Under the pieces are notes generated by a model that worked only from the letters and a program-made list of their open reading frames with translations, was not told the DNA's origin and did no database searches. Positions 36,538-46,876 of a DNA stretch of 64,000 bases are shown here, piece by piece. Each line of letters opens with the position of its first letter. Within the stretch, counting starts at the first letter, position 1. A program made the translations under genes and the position numbers. Origin of the DNA: Candidatus Shapirobacteria bacterium (lineage in GTDB: Bacteria > Patescibacteriota > Microgenomatia > UBA12405 > BS750m-G30); NCBI GenBank assembly GCA_043817235.1, contig JBDRHA010000007.1:73212-137211 (forward strand), given 5' to 3'.

Positions 36538-37548
36538 GTTTGGTAGACGATCCAAGAGATCTAAGTTTTTGACAAATTCTTTTCTTTGAAATTTGAAGTA
36601 ACCTGTAATGGCAATCATAGCCGCATTGTCAGTTAAAAGAGAGGGAAGGGGGATAAAAACAGGGAAGTTGTTTGCATCACCAACTTTTTTGACCTCTTTT
36701 TGCAGAAGCTGGTTATTAATAACTCCGCCGCCTAAAAATATTTGCTTCGGTTTGGTTTTTTTAATAGCCAGCTGTAATTTCAAAATAATGGAGTGAACCA
36801 AAACTCTTTCAAAGGATGCAGAAAAATCGGCTAAAAATCTTTTATCTTTTAGTTTTCTTTTAGGAATTTTTCTTAATTTATAAAAACAAGCGGTTTTTAA
36901 ACCGGAAAAACTGAAGTTTAGACTTTGAGAGCGGGCCATTGGGATCGGTAAATCAAATTTTAGTGGATTGCCCTGGGCCGCTAACTTAGAAATTTCCGGG
37001 CCGCCGGGATAAGGAAGGTTAAGCATTTTTGCCACTTTATCAAAAGCTTCACCGGCTGCATCGTCTAAAGTTTCTCCAAGAAGCTGATACTGACCGATTT
37101 TTTCCATCAATACTAATTGCGTATGACCGCCGGAAACAAGTAATCCGAGAATTGGATATTTTATTTTAAAATTTTGAGCTAAGCAGGAAAGAAAATGGCC
37201 TTCCATATGATTAATTGCCAGCAAGGGCTTTTGATATTTTCTGGCTAATTCTTTTGCTTTTTTTAAGCCTACTTCCAGAGCAATTGATAAACCGGGACCT
37301 TGAGTAACCGCAATAGCCTGAATATCCTGCCAGTCTTTATCGGCTTTTTTAAGGGCCTGCTTAATTACCGGGTTAATCTTTTTTTCATGCTCTCTTTTGG
37401 CTAAATTAGGAACTACTCCGCCCCAGGGCTGGTGAATTTTTATTTGCGAGTAAATAATGTTACTTAGTACGCGTTGTCCTTGGGTGACTGCAGCTGCAGT
37501 TTCGTCGCAAGAAGTGTCGATGCCGAGTATAATAATTTTGCTTTTCAT
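36511..37548 (-). CDS. tsaD: tRNA N6-threonylcarbamoyltransferase
   Basis: LGIDTSCDET, GGVVP, GPGL, NHMEGH, LVSGGHT, DDAAGEAFDK, FSFSGLKT, TDNAAMI. Confidence 0.97.
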   Translation of the reverse strand: MKSKIIILGIDTSCDETAAAVTQGQRVLSNIIYSQIKIHQPWGGVVPNLAKREHEKKINPVIKQALKKADKDWQDIQAIAVTQGPGLSIALEVGLKKAKELARKYQKPLLAINHMEGHFLSCLAQNFKIKYPILGLLVSGGHTQLVLMEKIGQYQLLGETLDDAAGEAFDKVAKMLNLPYPGGPEISKLAAQGNPLKFDLPIPMARSQSLNFSFSGLKTACFYKLRKIPKRKLKDKRFLADFSASFERVLVHSIILKLQLAIKKTKPKQIFLGGGVINNQLLQKEVKKVGDANNFPVFIPLPSLLTDNAAMIAITGYFKFQRKEFVKNLDLLDRLPNLNFPRAKI

Positions 37549-37573
37549 CAGAATGACATATTATACTCAATTT

Positions 37574-37966
37574 ATGGATCAAGATTGCGTATTTTGTAAA
37601 ATTATTCAGGGTAAAGTTCCTGCTTATAAAATTTACGAAGATAAAGATTATTTGGCTTTTTTGGATATTAACCCCTGGGTGGAAGGCCATACTTTGGTGA
37701 TCCCTAAAAAGCATTATCGCTGGGTTTGGGATGTTAAAGACCTGGGCGGTTATTTTAAAATTACCGGTAAAATAGCCAATCAGTTGCGCAAAATTTTTAA
37801 GACAGAATTTGTGATGAGCTATATTTATGGTTATGATGTGCCTCATGCTCATATCCAGCTTTTCCCTGATGCACGCGGGAAAATCGCTTTATTCCCTAAA
37901 GAAAAACTGGGAAAATTGACTGAAAAAAAGGGCAAAGAATTAGCCAGAAAAATTTCTTTTAAGTAA
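37574..37966 (+). CDS. HIT-family hydrolase
   Basis: DCVFCKI, AFLDINP, GHTLVIPK.H, VPHAHIQ. Confidence 0.9.
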   Translation: MDQDCVFCKIIQGKVPAYKIYEDKDYLAFLDINPWVEGHTLVIPKKHYRWVWDVKDLGGYFKITGKIANQLRKIFKTEFVMSYIYGYDVPHAHIQLFPDARGKIALFPKEKLGKLTEKKGKELARKISFK

Positions 37967-38429
37967 TAGTAATTTTTCGTGACTGAGGGCTTAGGTGCTG
38001 AAAGTTTACTTTAATTATTTTAACATTCTTGTCATTGGCTATTTCCTTTAAAATATTACCTGTTTTATTTACCCATTCAATAGCCAGAATATTGCCGGGT
38101 AATAACATTTTTTCCAGTTGAAGATCGGCTATTTCTTGGGGATCGTCTAATCTCCAGGCATCAATATGATAAAGAAGAGCTGTTTTATTTTTTAGAGAAT
38201 TTAGAGAATAAGGATGCTCGTGGACCAAGATAAAGGTAGGTGATTTAATTGCTTCTTTAATTCTTAATGCTTGGCCAAGGCCTTTAACAAACCGGGTCTT
38301 GCCGCTTCCAAGCTCACCTTGAAGAGCGAAAATCAAGCATTTACTTTCTAGATTCTGCCAATTATCTTGAATCAGCTTTATCGCTAGGGCTTGCGTTTCA
38401 TTAGTCGAATGAGAAGTTATAGTTTTCAT
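37959..38429 (-). CDS. tsaE: t6A biosynthesis ATPase TsaE
   Basis: L.GELGSGKT, SPTF, YHIDAWRL, IEW. Confidence 0.93.
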   Translation of the reverse strand: MKTITSHSTNETQALAIKLIQDNWQNLESKCLIFALQGELGSGKTRFVKGLGQALRIKEAIKSPTFILVHEHPYSLNSLKNKTALLYHIDAWRLDDPQEIADLQLEKMLLPGNILAIEWVNKTGNILKEIANDKNVKIIKVNFQHLSPQSRKITIT

Positions 38430-38490
38430 TGCTAGTATATATTTTACTACCTCTTGGCAACTAAATAATAATTCTGTATTATTATGACAA

Positions 38491-39639
38491 ATGAAAAAAC
38501 AAACTGCCGTAGTTGTAATTCCTACTTACAATGAAGCCGATGTTATTGGCAAAACGATTGATTACTTATTTACCAAAACTTTTCCATCGATATCAGGCTG
38601 GGAGATGAAGGTTTTGGTGGTGGACGACACTTCGCCGGATGGTACTCATAAAATAGTCCAAGAAAAACAAAAAAAATATAAAAATTTAGAGCTTTATTTG
38701 AATAAAGAAAAAAAAGGCATAGGCTACGCTTATGTGGTTGGCTTCCGCCAGGCGATGAACAAAATGGGGGCTGATGTGGTTATTGAGTTTGATTCTGATC
38801 TACAGCACCCACCCGAAACAATTCCTGTTCTTCTTTCTGAAATAAATAATGGAGCTGACTATGTTTTAGGTTCCCGCAAAATTAAGGGAGGGTCGAATTC
38901 GAAGGGTTGGGGATTCAAGCGCTTGTTTTTCTCGGAAGTTGGCGGGCTAGTGGCCCGTTTTGTTTTATTCTTTCCTTTTAAGAATTTTTTCCAGATTACT
39001 GATCCGACTACCGGCTTAAAGGCTTCTCGGGTAAAGGGATTCGTAGACAAGATGGACATGGACCATCTTTACTCCAAAAAGTTTGGCTATAAGCTAGAGT
39101 TTCTTTACAAAATGATAGGTTTGGGAGCAAAGGTTAAAGAAATACCACTTCAGTTTCAAATAAGAAAAGCAGGCGAATCTAAGATTACCGGGGGCACAGC
39201 CAAAGATATTTTTCGAACGGTATTTTTGTTAAGGTGGCACGATAAAACTACTCAGAAATTTATTAAATTCGGGACAGTGGGCTTCCTTGGCTATTTGGTG
39301 AACGCTATTTCTTTAGCACTTTTTGCTCGCCGAGGATTTCCAGAGTGGTCAGCTTGGCTATTTTCTACCGAGCTGGCAATTATTTCTAACTTTACCTGGA
39401 ATAATCTTTGGACTTTTAAAGATGAGAAGTTTACCGAAATTAGCAAGATCGTGGGAAAATTCTTGCAGTTCAATTTAACTTCGGGTGGGGCCCTATTAAT
39501 CCAGACAGCCGCCGGCACATTTTTAACCAATATTTTCGGAGTACAATATCGTCAGCTTCTACTGCCTCTGATAATTCTGTTTCTAGTTCTACCTTACAAC
39601 TGGCTGATGTATAACAAGGTGATTTGGAAGAAGAAATAA
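38491..39639 (+). CDS. Polyprenol-phosphate mannose synthase-like GT2 fused to a GtrA-type flippase domain
   Basis: IPTYNE, VVDDTSPDGT, EFDSDLQHPP, DPTTG; C-terminal FIKFGTVG...SNFTWNNLWTF. Confidence 0.88.
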   Translation: MKKQTAVVVIPTYNEADVIGKTIDYLFTKTFPSISGWEMKVLVVDDTSPDGTHKIVQEKQKKYKNLELYLNKEKKGIGYAYVVGFRQAMNKMGADVVIEFDSDLQHPPETIPVLLSEINNGADYVLGSRKIKGGSNSKGWGFKRLFFSEVGGLVARFVLFFPFKNFFQITDPTTGLKASRVKGFVDKMDMDHLYSKKFGYKLEFLYKMIGLGAKVKEIPLQFQIRKAGESKITGGTAKDIFRTVFLLRWHDKTTQKFIKFGTVGFLGYLVNAISLALFARRGFPEWSAWLFSTELAIISNFTWNNLWTFKDEKFTEISKIVGKFLQFNLTSGGALLIQTAAGTFLTNIFGVQYRQLLLPLIILFLVLPYNWLMYNKVIWKKK

Positions 39640-39641
39640 AG

Positions 39642-40760
39642 CTAGTAATACGGGCCCCAGTCGGCAATTGGAGCAAGATTGTGGTTAATAAAATTCACCG
39701 TATAAAGATAAATTGCCGGAAGAAGCAGGAAGAAAATTATTTTAAACTCTCTCTTGTTTAAAAAAGGAGCAAAGGCGATCAAGAAGAAGGGGTAAAGGGG
39801 AGAAGAATAGCGAGATAGATCACGATGGGCAACAAATAAAGTAGCTAAAAAGAAAATAGTCGGAAAAATGACAACAATGTCCTTTTTGAATTTCTGATAG
39901 AGAAGAGAGATAGCAATTGCTCCCAAAAAGTAAAGATAGATAACGTCTTCTAGCCAGATATCGCCCAGCCATGAGCGAGAAGAAATGAAAATTTGATAAG
40001 GGGGAAAAACAAGATGAAAATTATCTCCCGAAAGAAAATAAGCCCAAAAATTTCCTGTTTGAATTTTAAAAAAAGAAAAAAGAACAAGAATAGACAAAGG
40101 ACCCAAAAGAAGGGGCCAGTACTTGATTATAGTGTCTATCTGAGGCTTTTTTTCTTTTTTTGTATCTCGAATAAAGATAGTGATCGCGTAAGCGGCAAAA
40201 AGCAAAATTGCTGGGCTTTTGGTAATTTGAGCAAAGGCCAAAAAAAGGCCGGAAAACAAATATTTTTTGTTTCGAAAAAAGTAAACAGAGGCCAAAAGTA
40301 AACTTATAAATAAGGTTTCCGGAGCGCCAACTGTTCTTAAAATTACCATTCGAGCGGGAAGAAAAAGAGCTAGAATTGTTAGCAAAGTTCTCCCTCTTAC
40401 TTTTAGGTCTTTAAGCAGGTAGTAGAAAATAGTTAAGAATCCGGCTGTAGCGAAGAAATTTACTGCGAGCATTGCCCACCAACCAGGCAAGAATAAATCA
40501 AAGAACTTAATTAAAAGCGGATATCCGGGGAAATGAGCAGGATAATATTCTAGGGGCAGGGGCTGGGAAAAAGTGGTTCCAATACAATCAAAGTTATAGC
40601 CGCATTTAGCAATAATTAGGTAGTTAGGGCCGTCGTAATTGGCAAAGACTCTAGTCATTTGGCCGTTAAAATAAAAAGGCGCCCAGATAATAAAAGAGGT
40701 AATGGCTAAGATTAAAAAAGGAAGAAGCAGGGGTTTGAAAAAAGCTAGTTTTTTCTCCAT
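39642..40760 (-). CDS. GT-C-type membrane glycosyltransferase (PIG-V-like mannosyltransferase)
   Basis: YDGPNYL.IA..GY, AHFPGYPLL, ETLF, SRY; multi-TM. Confidence 0.65.
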   Translation of the reverse strand: MEKKLAFFKPLLLPFLILAITSFIIWAPFYFNGQMTRVFANYDGPNYLIIAKCGYNFDCIGTTFSQPLPLEYYPAHFPGYPLLIKFFDLFLPGWWAMLAVNFFATAGFLTIFYYLLKDLKVRGRTLLTILALFLPARMVILRTVGAPETLFISLLLASVYFFRNKKYLFSGLFLAFAQITKSPAILLFAAYAITIFIRDTKKEKKPQIDTIIKYWPLLLGPLSILVLFSFFKIQTGNFWAYFLSGDNFHLVFPPYQIFISSRSWLGDIWLEDVIYLYFLGAIAISLLYQKFKKDIVVIFPTIFFLATLFVAHRDLSRYSSPLYPFFLIAFAPFLNKREFKIIFFLLLPAIYLYTVNFINHNLAPIADWGPYY

Positions 40761-40785
40761 CTTTTAATTATGATAACATAATTGC

Positions 40786-41511
40786 ATGGTTCAGTATCTA
40801 TTGCCAGAACTTTCGGTATTTTTTCCTGCGTATAATGAGGAGAACAATCTTAAAAATACCGTAGAAAAAGCAGTTCCCATTATAAAAGGCATAGCGAAAA
40901 AATGGGAAATAATAATTGTTAATGACGGCTCCAAAGACCGCACAGAAGCAGTTGCTAGAAACCTTGAAAAAAAATATTCTCAAGTTAGGCTGATAAATCA
41001 CAATCGGAATCGGGGTTACGGAGCGGCTTTTAAAAGTGGTTTTTATAACGGTAAATACAATTGGATTGCTTTTACCGATGCTGATGGCCAGTTTGATTTT
41101 CAGGATATTTACCAGCTGATTGAAAAGCAAAAAAAAACTAAGGCTGATTTGGTCATTGGTTATTATTTAGGGAGAAAAGTTCCTTTTGTCAGGATTTGGG
41201 GTTCTAAGCTTTGGGAATTGATGGTTTTTCTTCTTTTTGGACTAAAGGTCCGGGATATTGATTGTGGCTTTAAGCTGGTTTCGAAAAAGGTAATTGACGC
41301 TATTCCCAAACTAGAGTCGGAAAGAGGACCGTTTATTACTTCTGAATTTTTAATTAAAAGTAAAAGAGCTGGTTTTAAAATTGAGCAAACAGGAGTGACT
41401 CATTTTGCCCGAGAGGCGGGGGAGGCGACAGGAGCGAAGATGGAAGTAATTCTTTCTGGGCTTAAGGATCTTTTTTATCTTTGGCTTAAGATGAATTTTA
41501 AGAATGGCTAA
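40786..41511 (+). CDS. GT2 glycosyltransferase (DPM/DPG-synthase-like)
   Basis: FPAYNEE, VNDGSKD, NRGYG, FTDADGQF, DIDCGFK. Confidence 0.9.
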   Translation: MVQYLLPELSVFFPAYNEENNLKNTVEKAVPIIKGIAKKWEIIIVNDGSKDRTEAVARNLEKKYSQVRLINHNRNRGYGAAFKSGFYNGKYNWIAFTDADGQFDFQDIYQLIEKQKKTKADLVIGYYLGRKVPFVRIWGSKLWELMVFLLFGLKVRDIDCGFKLVSKKVIDAIPKLESERGPFITSEFLIKSKRAGFKIEQTGVTHFAREAGEATGAKMEVILSGLKDLFYLWLKMNFKNG

Positions 41512-42964
41512 AAAGATTTTTGACAACAAGCTTCTGATCATTATTCTCCTGATCGCGGCTTTTCTGCGTCTTTATAAAATTCCCTCTTATATGGAGTTTT
41601 TGGGTGATCAGGGCCGGGATATGCTTTTAGTCCGCCGCTTTTTAGCCAAGGGAGATTTGATGTTTATTGGCCCGCAAACCTCTGTAGGTAATATTTATTT
41701 AGGCCCTTGGTATTACTATTTAATAGCTCCTGCTTTATTGCTTTCCGGCTTTAATCCGGTTGGCCCGGCAATTTTTATAGCCTTGCTGGGAGTGGCAGCT
41801 GTTTGGCTGGTCTACAGGGTAGGAAGAGAATGGCTTAACAAAACGACTGGATTAATAGCCGCCCTATTAATGGCGTTTTCTCCGGTAATTATTTATTATA
41901 ATATTTTTTCTTGGAACCCAAACGTTATGGGTTTTTTTGCCTTGCTAGCGATATATCTTCTGGGCGAAATTTGGCTTAAGAAAGATTTCAAAAAAATACC
42001 TTGGCTGGCATTGTCTTTAGCAATGATTTTAAATTCTCATTACTTGGGTTTGCTAGTTTTTCCGGTAGTTTCATTGTTTTTATTTCTATCTTTTTGGGCA
42101 ATAAAAGACAACGGAAAAGAAAAAAAGTTATTAGGGAAAAATATTGTTTGGGCTGGAATCGTTTTTTTTCTTTTTATGCTGCCTTTAGTTCTTTTTGACT
42201 TAAAGCACGGGGGAGCTAACTTCCAGGCTTTTAAGGCTTTTTTTATCAATAGAGAAGAAACAGTTAATTTTAGGCTTTATAAGGGTATTTCTAACTTTTT
42301 ACAAGTTCTTGGCCAGCTTGGCGCTAATTTATTAGTAAGAAAAGATTCTTGGCCTTGGTCATTTCTCTTTCTGCCTTTTTTACTTATCGGCCTTTGGCAA
42401 GCAAGAAAAAATAAGCTCTTATTGTTACCGGGGGCGTGGCTTTTCGTCGGCCTGTTCGGCTTAAGTAATTATAAACAAGCTGTTTATGCTCATTATTTTG
42501 GCTTTTTATGGCCTGCTGTTATTTTGATTCTCGCTGTCGGCTTAAAAAAATTGTGGCCTTGGTCTTTAGGGGCAGCGGGAATAGTTTCTTTATTAATGTT
42601 CAGTCAGTGGCATGGCTTGAGGCCTCCGGTTAATCAGCTTGCTCGCAGCCAAAACGTAGCCCAGTTTATTCTTTCTTCGGCAGCTGAAGAAGAATTTTCT
42701 TTAGCTTTAATTGCTAAGAATAATTACGATGCTCCTTATCGCTATTATTTGGAAAATCAAAACCCTAGACTAGTTGATCTTCATGAACAAATGACAAGCC
42801 AACTCTTTGTAATTTGCGAGCCCTGGGGAATAGAGGATTGCAACCCCCTAGGTCATTCCAGGTGGGAAATTGCCGCTTTTGGCCGGGCCGATTTAGCTGG
42901 AAAGTGGCAGATAAGCGGGATAGACGTATTTAAATTAGTCCATTCGCATGAAAAAATTGACTAA
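41504..42964 (+). CDS. GT-C (ArnT/PMT-like) membrane glycosyltransferase
   Basis: FLRLY, GDQGRD, IGPQTS, GPWYYY, WNPN, FDLKH; multi-TM. Confidence 0.75.
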   Translation: MAKKIFDNKLLIIILLIAAFLRLYKIPSYMEFLGDQGRDMLLVRRFLAKGDLMFIGPQTSVGNIYLGPWYYYLIAPALLLSGFNPVGPAIFIALLGVAAVWLVYRVGREWLNKTTGLIAALLMAFSPVIIYYNIFSWNPNVMGFFALLAIYLLGEIWLKKDFKKIPWLALSLAMILNSHYLGLLVFPVVSLFLFLSFWAIKDNGKEKKLLGKNIVWAGIVFFLFMLPLVLFDLKHGGANFQAFKAFFINREETVNFRLYKGISNFLQVLGQLGANLLVRKDSWPWSFLFLPFLLIGLWQARKNKLLLLPGAWLFVGLFGLSNYKQAVYAHYFGFLWPAVILILAVGLKKLWPWSLGAAGIVSLLMFSQWHGLRPPVNQLARSQNVAQFILSSAAEEEFSLALIAKNNYDAPYRYYLENQNPRLVDLHEQMTSQLFVICEPWGIEDCNPLGHSRWEIAAFGRADLAGKWQISGIDVFKLVHSHEKID

Positions 42965-45900
42965 ACTAAGCTTAAGCAATATTCTTCTGATAATTACTCT
43001 TCTCGGGCTTTCTTTTTTTACAGGAAAAGGAGTATTTAAATATAATGTGTTTAGCACTCATGATGGAGATCATCATGTTGCTCGGAGTTTTGACGCTATT
43101 CAAACTATTAAAGAAGGCCATTTTCCTTTACGCTGGGCCGGAAGCTTAAACTTTAATTGCGGAGTAGCTATTTATAATTTCTTTTACCCCCTTTTGTACT
43201 ATTTGGTAATAGCAATTAATTTTTTGGTTAAAGATGTTATCGGGTCTTTAAAAATAATTTATTTTTTGACCCTGCCAGCAGGAACCTTGTTTTTTTATTG
43301 GTGGTTGAAAATAGAGACTAAAAACAAGTGGGCTGCCCTAGGAGGGGCAGTGCTTTATCTTTTTGCTCCTTATCGCTTTTTATTAATTTTTGTTAGAGGC
43401 AGCCCGGAGTTTTTAAGCTATGCTTTGCTGCCAGTAGTTTTATATTTATTTTCTCTTAGCTTTGAACAGATTAGCTGGCGGAAGTTTGTATGGATAGTTT
43501 TTGGATCAAGCTTGGCTGGCGGCCTTCTGGTTGTTTCTCATAATTTCACTGTTATGTTTTTAATGCCGATTTTACTTTTTTATTTAATTATTAAAATTAT
43601 TAGGGTAAATAAGCTTTCTTTCTCAAGAAAAAGATTGATTCTTTTTTCCTACTTTAGTGCTTTTGGTTTGGGAGCATTCTTTATTTTTCCGGCCTTGCTG
43701 GAAAAGCAATTTGTTCAAATTGGCCAAGTAATAGTAATTAACTTTCGTGAACATTTTCCGACTTTAAAACAGCTAATCCGTTCTCCTTGGGATTATTTTT
43801 ATTCATCCCCGGGAGTTAAAAATGACGGGATGTCATTTCAATTAGGCTATGCTCATTGGTTGATTATGGGAGGAGTTAGCTTGTTTTCTTTGAAAAAGAT
43901 TTTTAAATCTTTAGATCCGCTGATATTGTTTTTCCTGATTATTTCCTTAGGCTCAGTTTTCTTGATCTTGTCCTGGTCTTTGTTTATTTGGGAAAGAGTG
44001 TCTTTGTTACAGCAAATCCAGTTTTCCTGGCGGCTTTTGGGAATTGCGGTTTTTTCTATTAGCGCTTTATTTGCTTTTTGGCTGGAGAGCTTGAAAAAGA
44101 ATATTATTTTTTTCCCTATTTTGGCCGTAGGTATTTTTTTAGCGATTTTTGGCAACCGCCATCATCTTTTACCCCAGCCGGTTTCTACCCAAACAATATA
44201 TCAATATGATGATTTTGAAAAACTTCATCCTCACCGACACTCTACTACTACTTTAGGGGATGATATTTTGGGAGTTGGGGCAAAAGAGTCTTGCAGTTTT
44301 GATACCCCATTATTATTAGTGGGAGGGAAATTTATTACTGATTATCAAGTTCAGGCAAGAGGGAACACATTTGGCGAAATTAGATTTTTTTTGGGCAGTC
44401 AAGAGGAGTGGAAAGAAAAACCAATTATACTGGGCCTGGAATATTTTCCGGGCATTTATCATTTTCAAATTAACGGATCAGATAAGGTTAATTATTCGGA
44501 TTGTGAGGGTCGGGTTTGCCTGGATAGCCAGAATTTCAGACAGGGGGCCAATTACTTATCTTGGAAAATTGGCCAGTCTCCAATAGAAAGGGTTTTTAAC
44601 GGGGTAAGTATTGCTTTTTTTATTGCTTGGATAATTATTATCGTTAGTCAAATTTTACCGGAAAAATATAAAATATTTATTAAAATGAACAAGCTAAAGA
44701 TCTTCTTATTCGGATTGCTTTTATTAATTTTTGCCTTTTTTAGATTCTATCGCTTGCCCGAGCGAATAGTTTTTAATTGGGACCAAGAAAGAGACGCTCA
44801 GGTGGTCAAAGAGATGATAAATTTTAAAAAATTTACTTTAATCGGTCCCCGGGTTTTAGGCCCGGAGGGATTTTTTTTAGCCCCGTATTTTTATTATTTT
44901 CTTCTTCCTTTTTATTATGTTTTTAATCTTTTTCCTCAAGGCCTGACTTTTTTTATTGTTGCTGTTAATTTGGCTTTTTTTGGCATAAGTTTTTTAATTT
45001 TAACAAAGATTTTTAATATTAGAATTTCTTTTTACTTTTTAGCGCTTTGGTCAATAATTCCCTGGGCAGTTGGAGCTGATATTATCGCCTGGAATCCCTT
45101 GCTTATTCCTTTACTTGTTTTGCTTTTTCTTCTTGCCTTTGATCAGTTTTTCCTAAAAAAGCAGCTAAAAACTATTTTTTTTCTTGGCTTAGTCTTTAGT
45201 ATAGGCATTAATTTTCATGTCCAGTTTTTCTTGCTTTTGCCCTTTATATTCCTTGTTCTTTTTAGTCTTTGGAAAGAGGAAAAAAAGATATTGTTGGGGT
45301 GGAGTGCTTGGTTAATAGCCGGAATAGGCTTGCCCTTTTTGCCTTTATTAATTTTTGACCTCAGGCATAATTTTTTAAATATTTCTCTTCTAAAGAATTT
45401 TCTTTTTCAAAGAGGCAGAGGACAGCCTCTTGCATTCTTGCCGGTTTGGAATAGGGTTGTTAATCAGCTTTTAGGCTTGGAAATAAATAATATCGGGGGC
45501 CTTGTTTTTTATTTAATAATTCTGGCTCTTTTTCTGGCCGCGTATAAAAAGGCAAGAGAAAAGAAAAATCTATGGCTGGGAATGCTTTTAACTTGGATAT
45601 TAATGCCAGTTTTTTTTGGCCTTTACGGCAGCAGGCCATCGGAATACTATTTTAATTATCTACAGCCGCTACTTATTATCCTGATTTCTTTTTGGCTAGA
45701 CAAAATATTATTAACGCTAAAGAAAAAACAGCACTGGCTATTTGCGACCTTTATCGCTTTATTTATACTAGTTTATTATTGTTTTAAAAATATTCCGCTT
45801 CTGGCTGACAATCGCCAGGGATTATTTTACAAAACCCAAACAGCAAAATTTTTAACAGGCGTTTCTGACTCTGGGCCCTTGAATATTTCTTTTTCCGGCT

Positions 45901-46085
45901 CCTGGAGCGCAGACAATGGTTTTCACTATCTTTTCGATATTTATCAGGTTAAACAAAGTCAAAACCCAGAAGACCCCTTAATTGAGGTTGTCGTTCCAGC
46001 TGGCAGTCGGCCGAGCACTATTATTTTTGGGGCCATCGGAGTTTATTTTCCCGAAGGCTGGTTATCTGATTACTGGATATTGTAA
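42948..46085 (+). CDS. Fusion of a PTPS-related/YfhO-like membrane domain and an ArnT/PMT-like GT-C domain
   Basis: N-half resembles 48430-50139 (HD..H..R, FPLRW, NFFYPLL, MSFQLG); C-half resembles 41504-42964 (DQERD, IGP, WNP, FDLRH). Confidence 0.7.
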   Translation: MKKLTKLSLSNILLIITLLGLSFFTGKGVFKYNVFSTHDGDHHVARSFDAIQTIKEGHFPLRWAGSLNFNCGVAIYNFFYPLLYYLVIAINFLVKDVIGSLKIIYFLTLPAGTLFFYWWLKIETKNKWAALGGAVLYLFAPYRFLLIFVRGSPEFLSYALLPVVLYLFSLSFEQISWRKFVWIVFGSSLAGGLLVVSHNFTVMFLMPILLFYLIIKIIRVNKLSFSRKRLILFSYFSAFGLGAFFIFPALLEKQFVQIGQVIVINFREHFPTLKQLIRSPWDYFYSSPGVKNDGMSFQLGYAHWLIMGGVSLFSLKKIFKSLDPLILFFLIISLGSVFLILSWSLFIWERVSLLQQIQFSWRLLGIAVFSISALFAFWLESLKKNIIFFPILAVGIFLAIFGNRHHLLPQPVSTQTIYQYDDFEKLHPHRHSTTTLGDDILGVGAKESCSFDTPLLLVGGKFITDYQVQARGNTFGEIRFFLGSQEEWKEKPIILGLEYFPGIYHFQINGSDKVNYSDCEGRVCLDSQNFRQGANYLSWKIGQSPIERVFNGVSIAFFIAWIIIIVSQILPEKYKIFIKMNKLKIFLFGLLLLIFAFFRFYRLPERIVFNWDQERDAQVVKEMINFKKFTLIGPRVLGPEGFFLAPYFYYFLLPFYYVFNLFPQGLTFFIVAVNLAFFGISFLILTKIFNIRISFYFLALWSIIPWAVGADIIAWNPLLIPLLVLLFLLAFDQFFLKKQLKTIFFLGLVFSIGINFHVQFFLLLPFIFLVLFSLWKEEKKILLGWSAWLIAGIGLPFLPLLIFDLRHNFLNISLLKNFLFQRGRGQPLAFLPVWNRVVNQLLGLEINNIGGLVFYLIILALFLAAYKKAREKKNLWLGMLLTWILMPVFFGLYGSRPSEYYFNYLQPLLIILISFWLDKILLTLKKKQHWLFATFIALFILVYYCFKNIPLLADNRQGLFYKTQTAKFLTGVSDSGPLNISFSGSWSADNGFHYLFDIYQVKQSQNPEDPLIEVVVPAGSRPSTIIFGAIGVYFPEGWLSDYWIL

Positions 46086-46096
46086 AATAGGAAGAA

Positions 46097-46861
46097 ATGA
46101 AAACCTATCTTAGTGTAGTTATTCCTTGTTATAACGAAGAAGCGAATTTAAAAAGGGGAGTTTTGGATCAGGTGAATGACTATCTTAAAAAACAAAATTA
46201 TTCCTGGGAGGTGCTTATCTCTGACGACGGCTCAACAGATCAGAGCTTAAAAATATGTTCTTTGTTTGCTAAAAAACATAAAGGTTTTAGGATTTTGAAA
46301 AATAAGCATGGGGGAAAACCCTGGGCTGTTTCTCAAGGTGTTAAAGAGGCGCAAGGAGAATATATTTTGTTCACGGATATTGATCAGTCTACCCCAATAA
46401 ATCAGCTGGATAAGCTTTTGCCTTGGGCCAAAAAAAATTATCCGATTGTAATTGGCTCGCGGGGATTGGAGCGGAAAGACTTCCCTTTATTTCGCCGAGT
46501 TGGAGCGATTATTTTTGCTCTTATTCGGAGGTTTTTGCTTTTGCGAGACATTAAAGACACTCAATGCGGCTTTAAGCTCTTTCAGACAAGCTTGGTGAAA
46601 GAAATTTTTCCTTATCTAGATGTTTTAAGGCAAAGAGCGAAGGGTTGGGTAGTCAGCTCTTATGATGTTGAGCTTTTGTATATGGCCAGTGTTAAGGGGG
46701 CTAAAATTAAAGAGGTAGTTGTCACTTGGGAAGACGAGGATATAAGCACGAGCAAGGGCAATAATTACCTAGCTCGCTATTTTAAAGAGGCCAAGAAAAT
46801 GTTTTTTCAAATTTTGCAAGTCAAACGGAATCAATGGCAAGGGAAATACCTAAACATTTAA
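46097..46861 (+). CDS. GT2, polyprenyl-phosphate glucosyltransferase-like
   Basis: IPCYNEE, DDGSTD, FTDIDQSTP, IGSR, DTQCGFK, DVELL. Confidence 0.88.
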   Translation: MKTYLSVVIPCYNEEANLKRGVLDQVNDYLKKQNYSWEVLISDDGSTDQSLKICSLFAKKHKGFRILKNKHGGKPWAVSQGVKEAQGEYILFTDIDQSTPINQLDKLLPWAKKNYPIVIGSRGLERKDFPLFRRVGAIIFALIRRFLLLRDIKDTQCGFKLFQTSLVKEIFPYLDVLRQRAKGWVVSSYDVELLYMASVKGAKIKEVVVTWEDEDISTSKGNNYLARYFKEAKKMFFQILQVKRNQWQGKYLNI

Positions 46862-46876
46862 TAGTTAATCCGTCAG

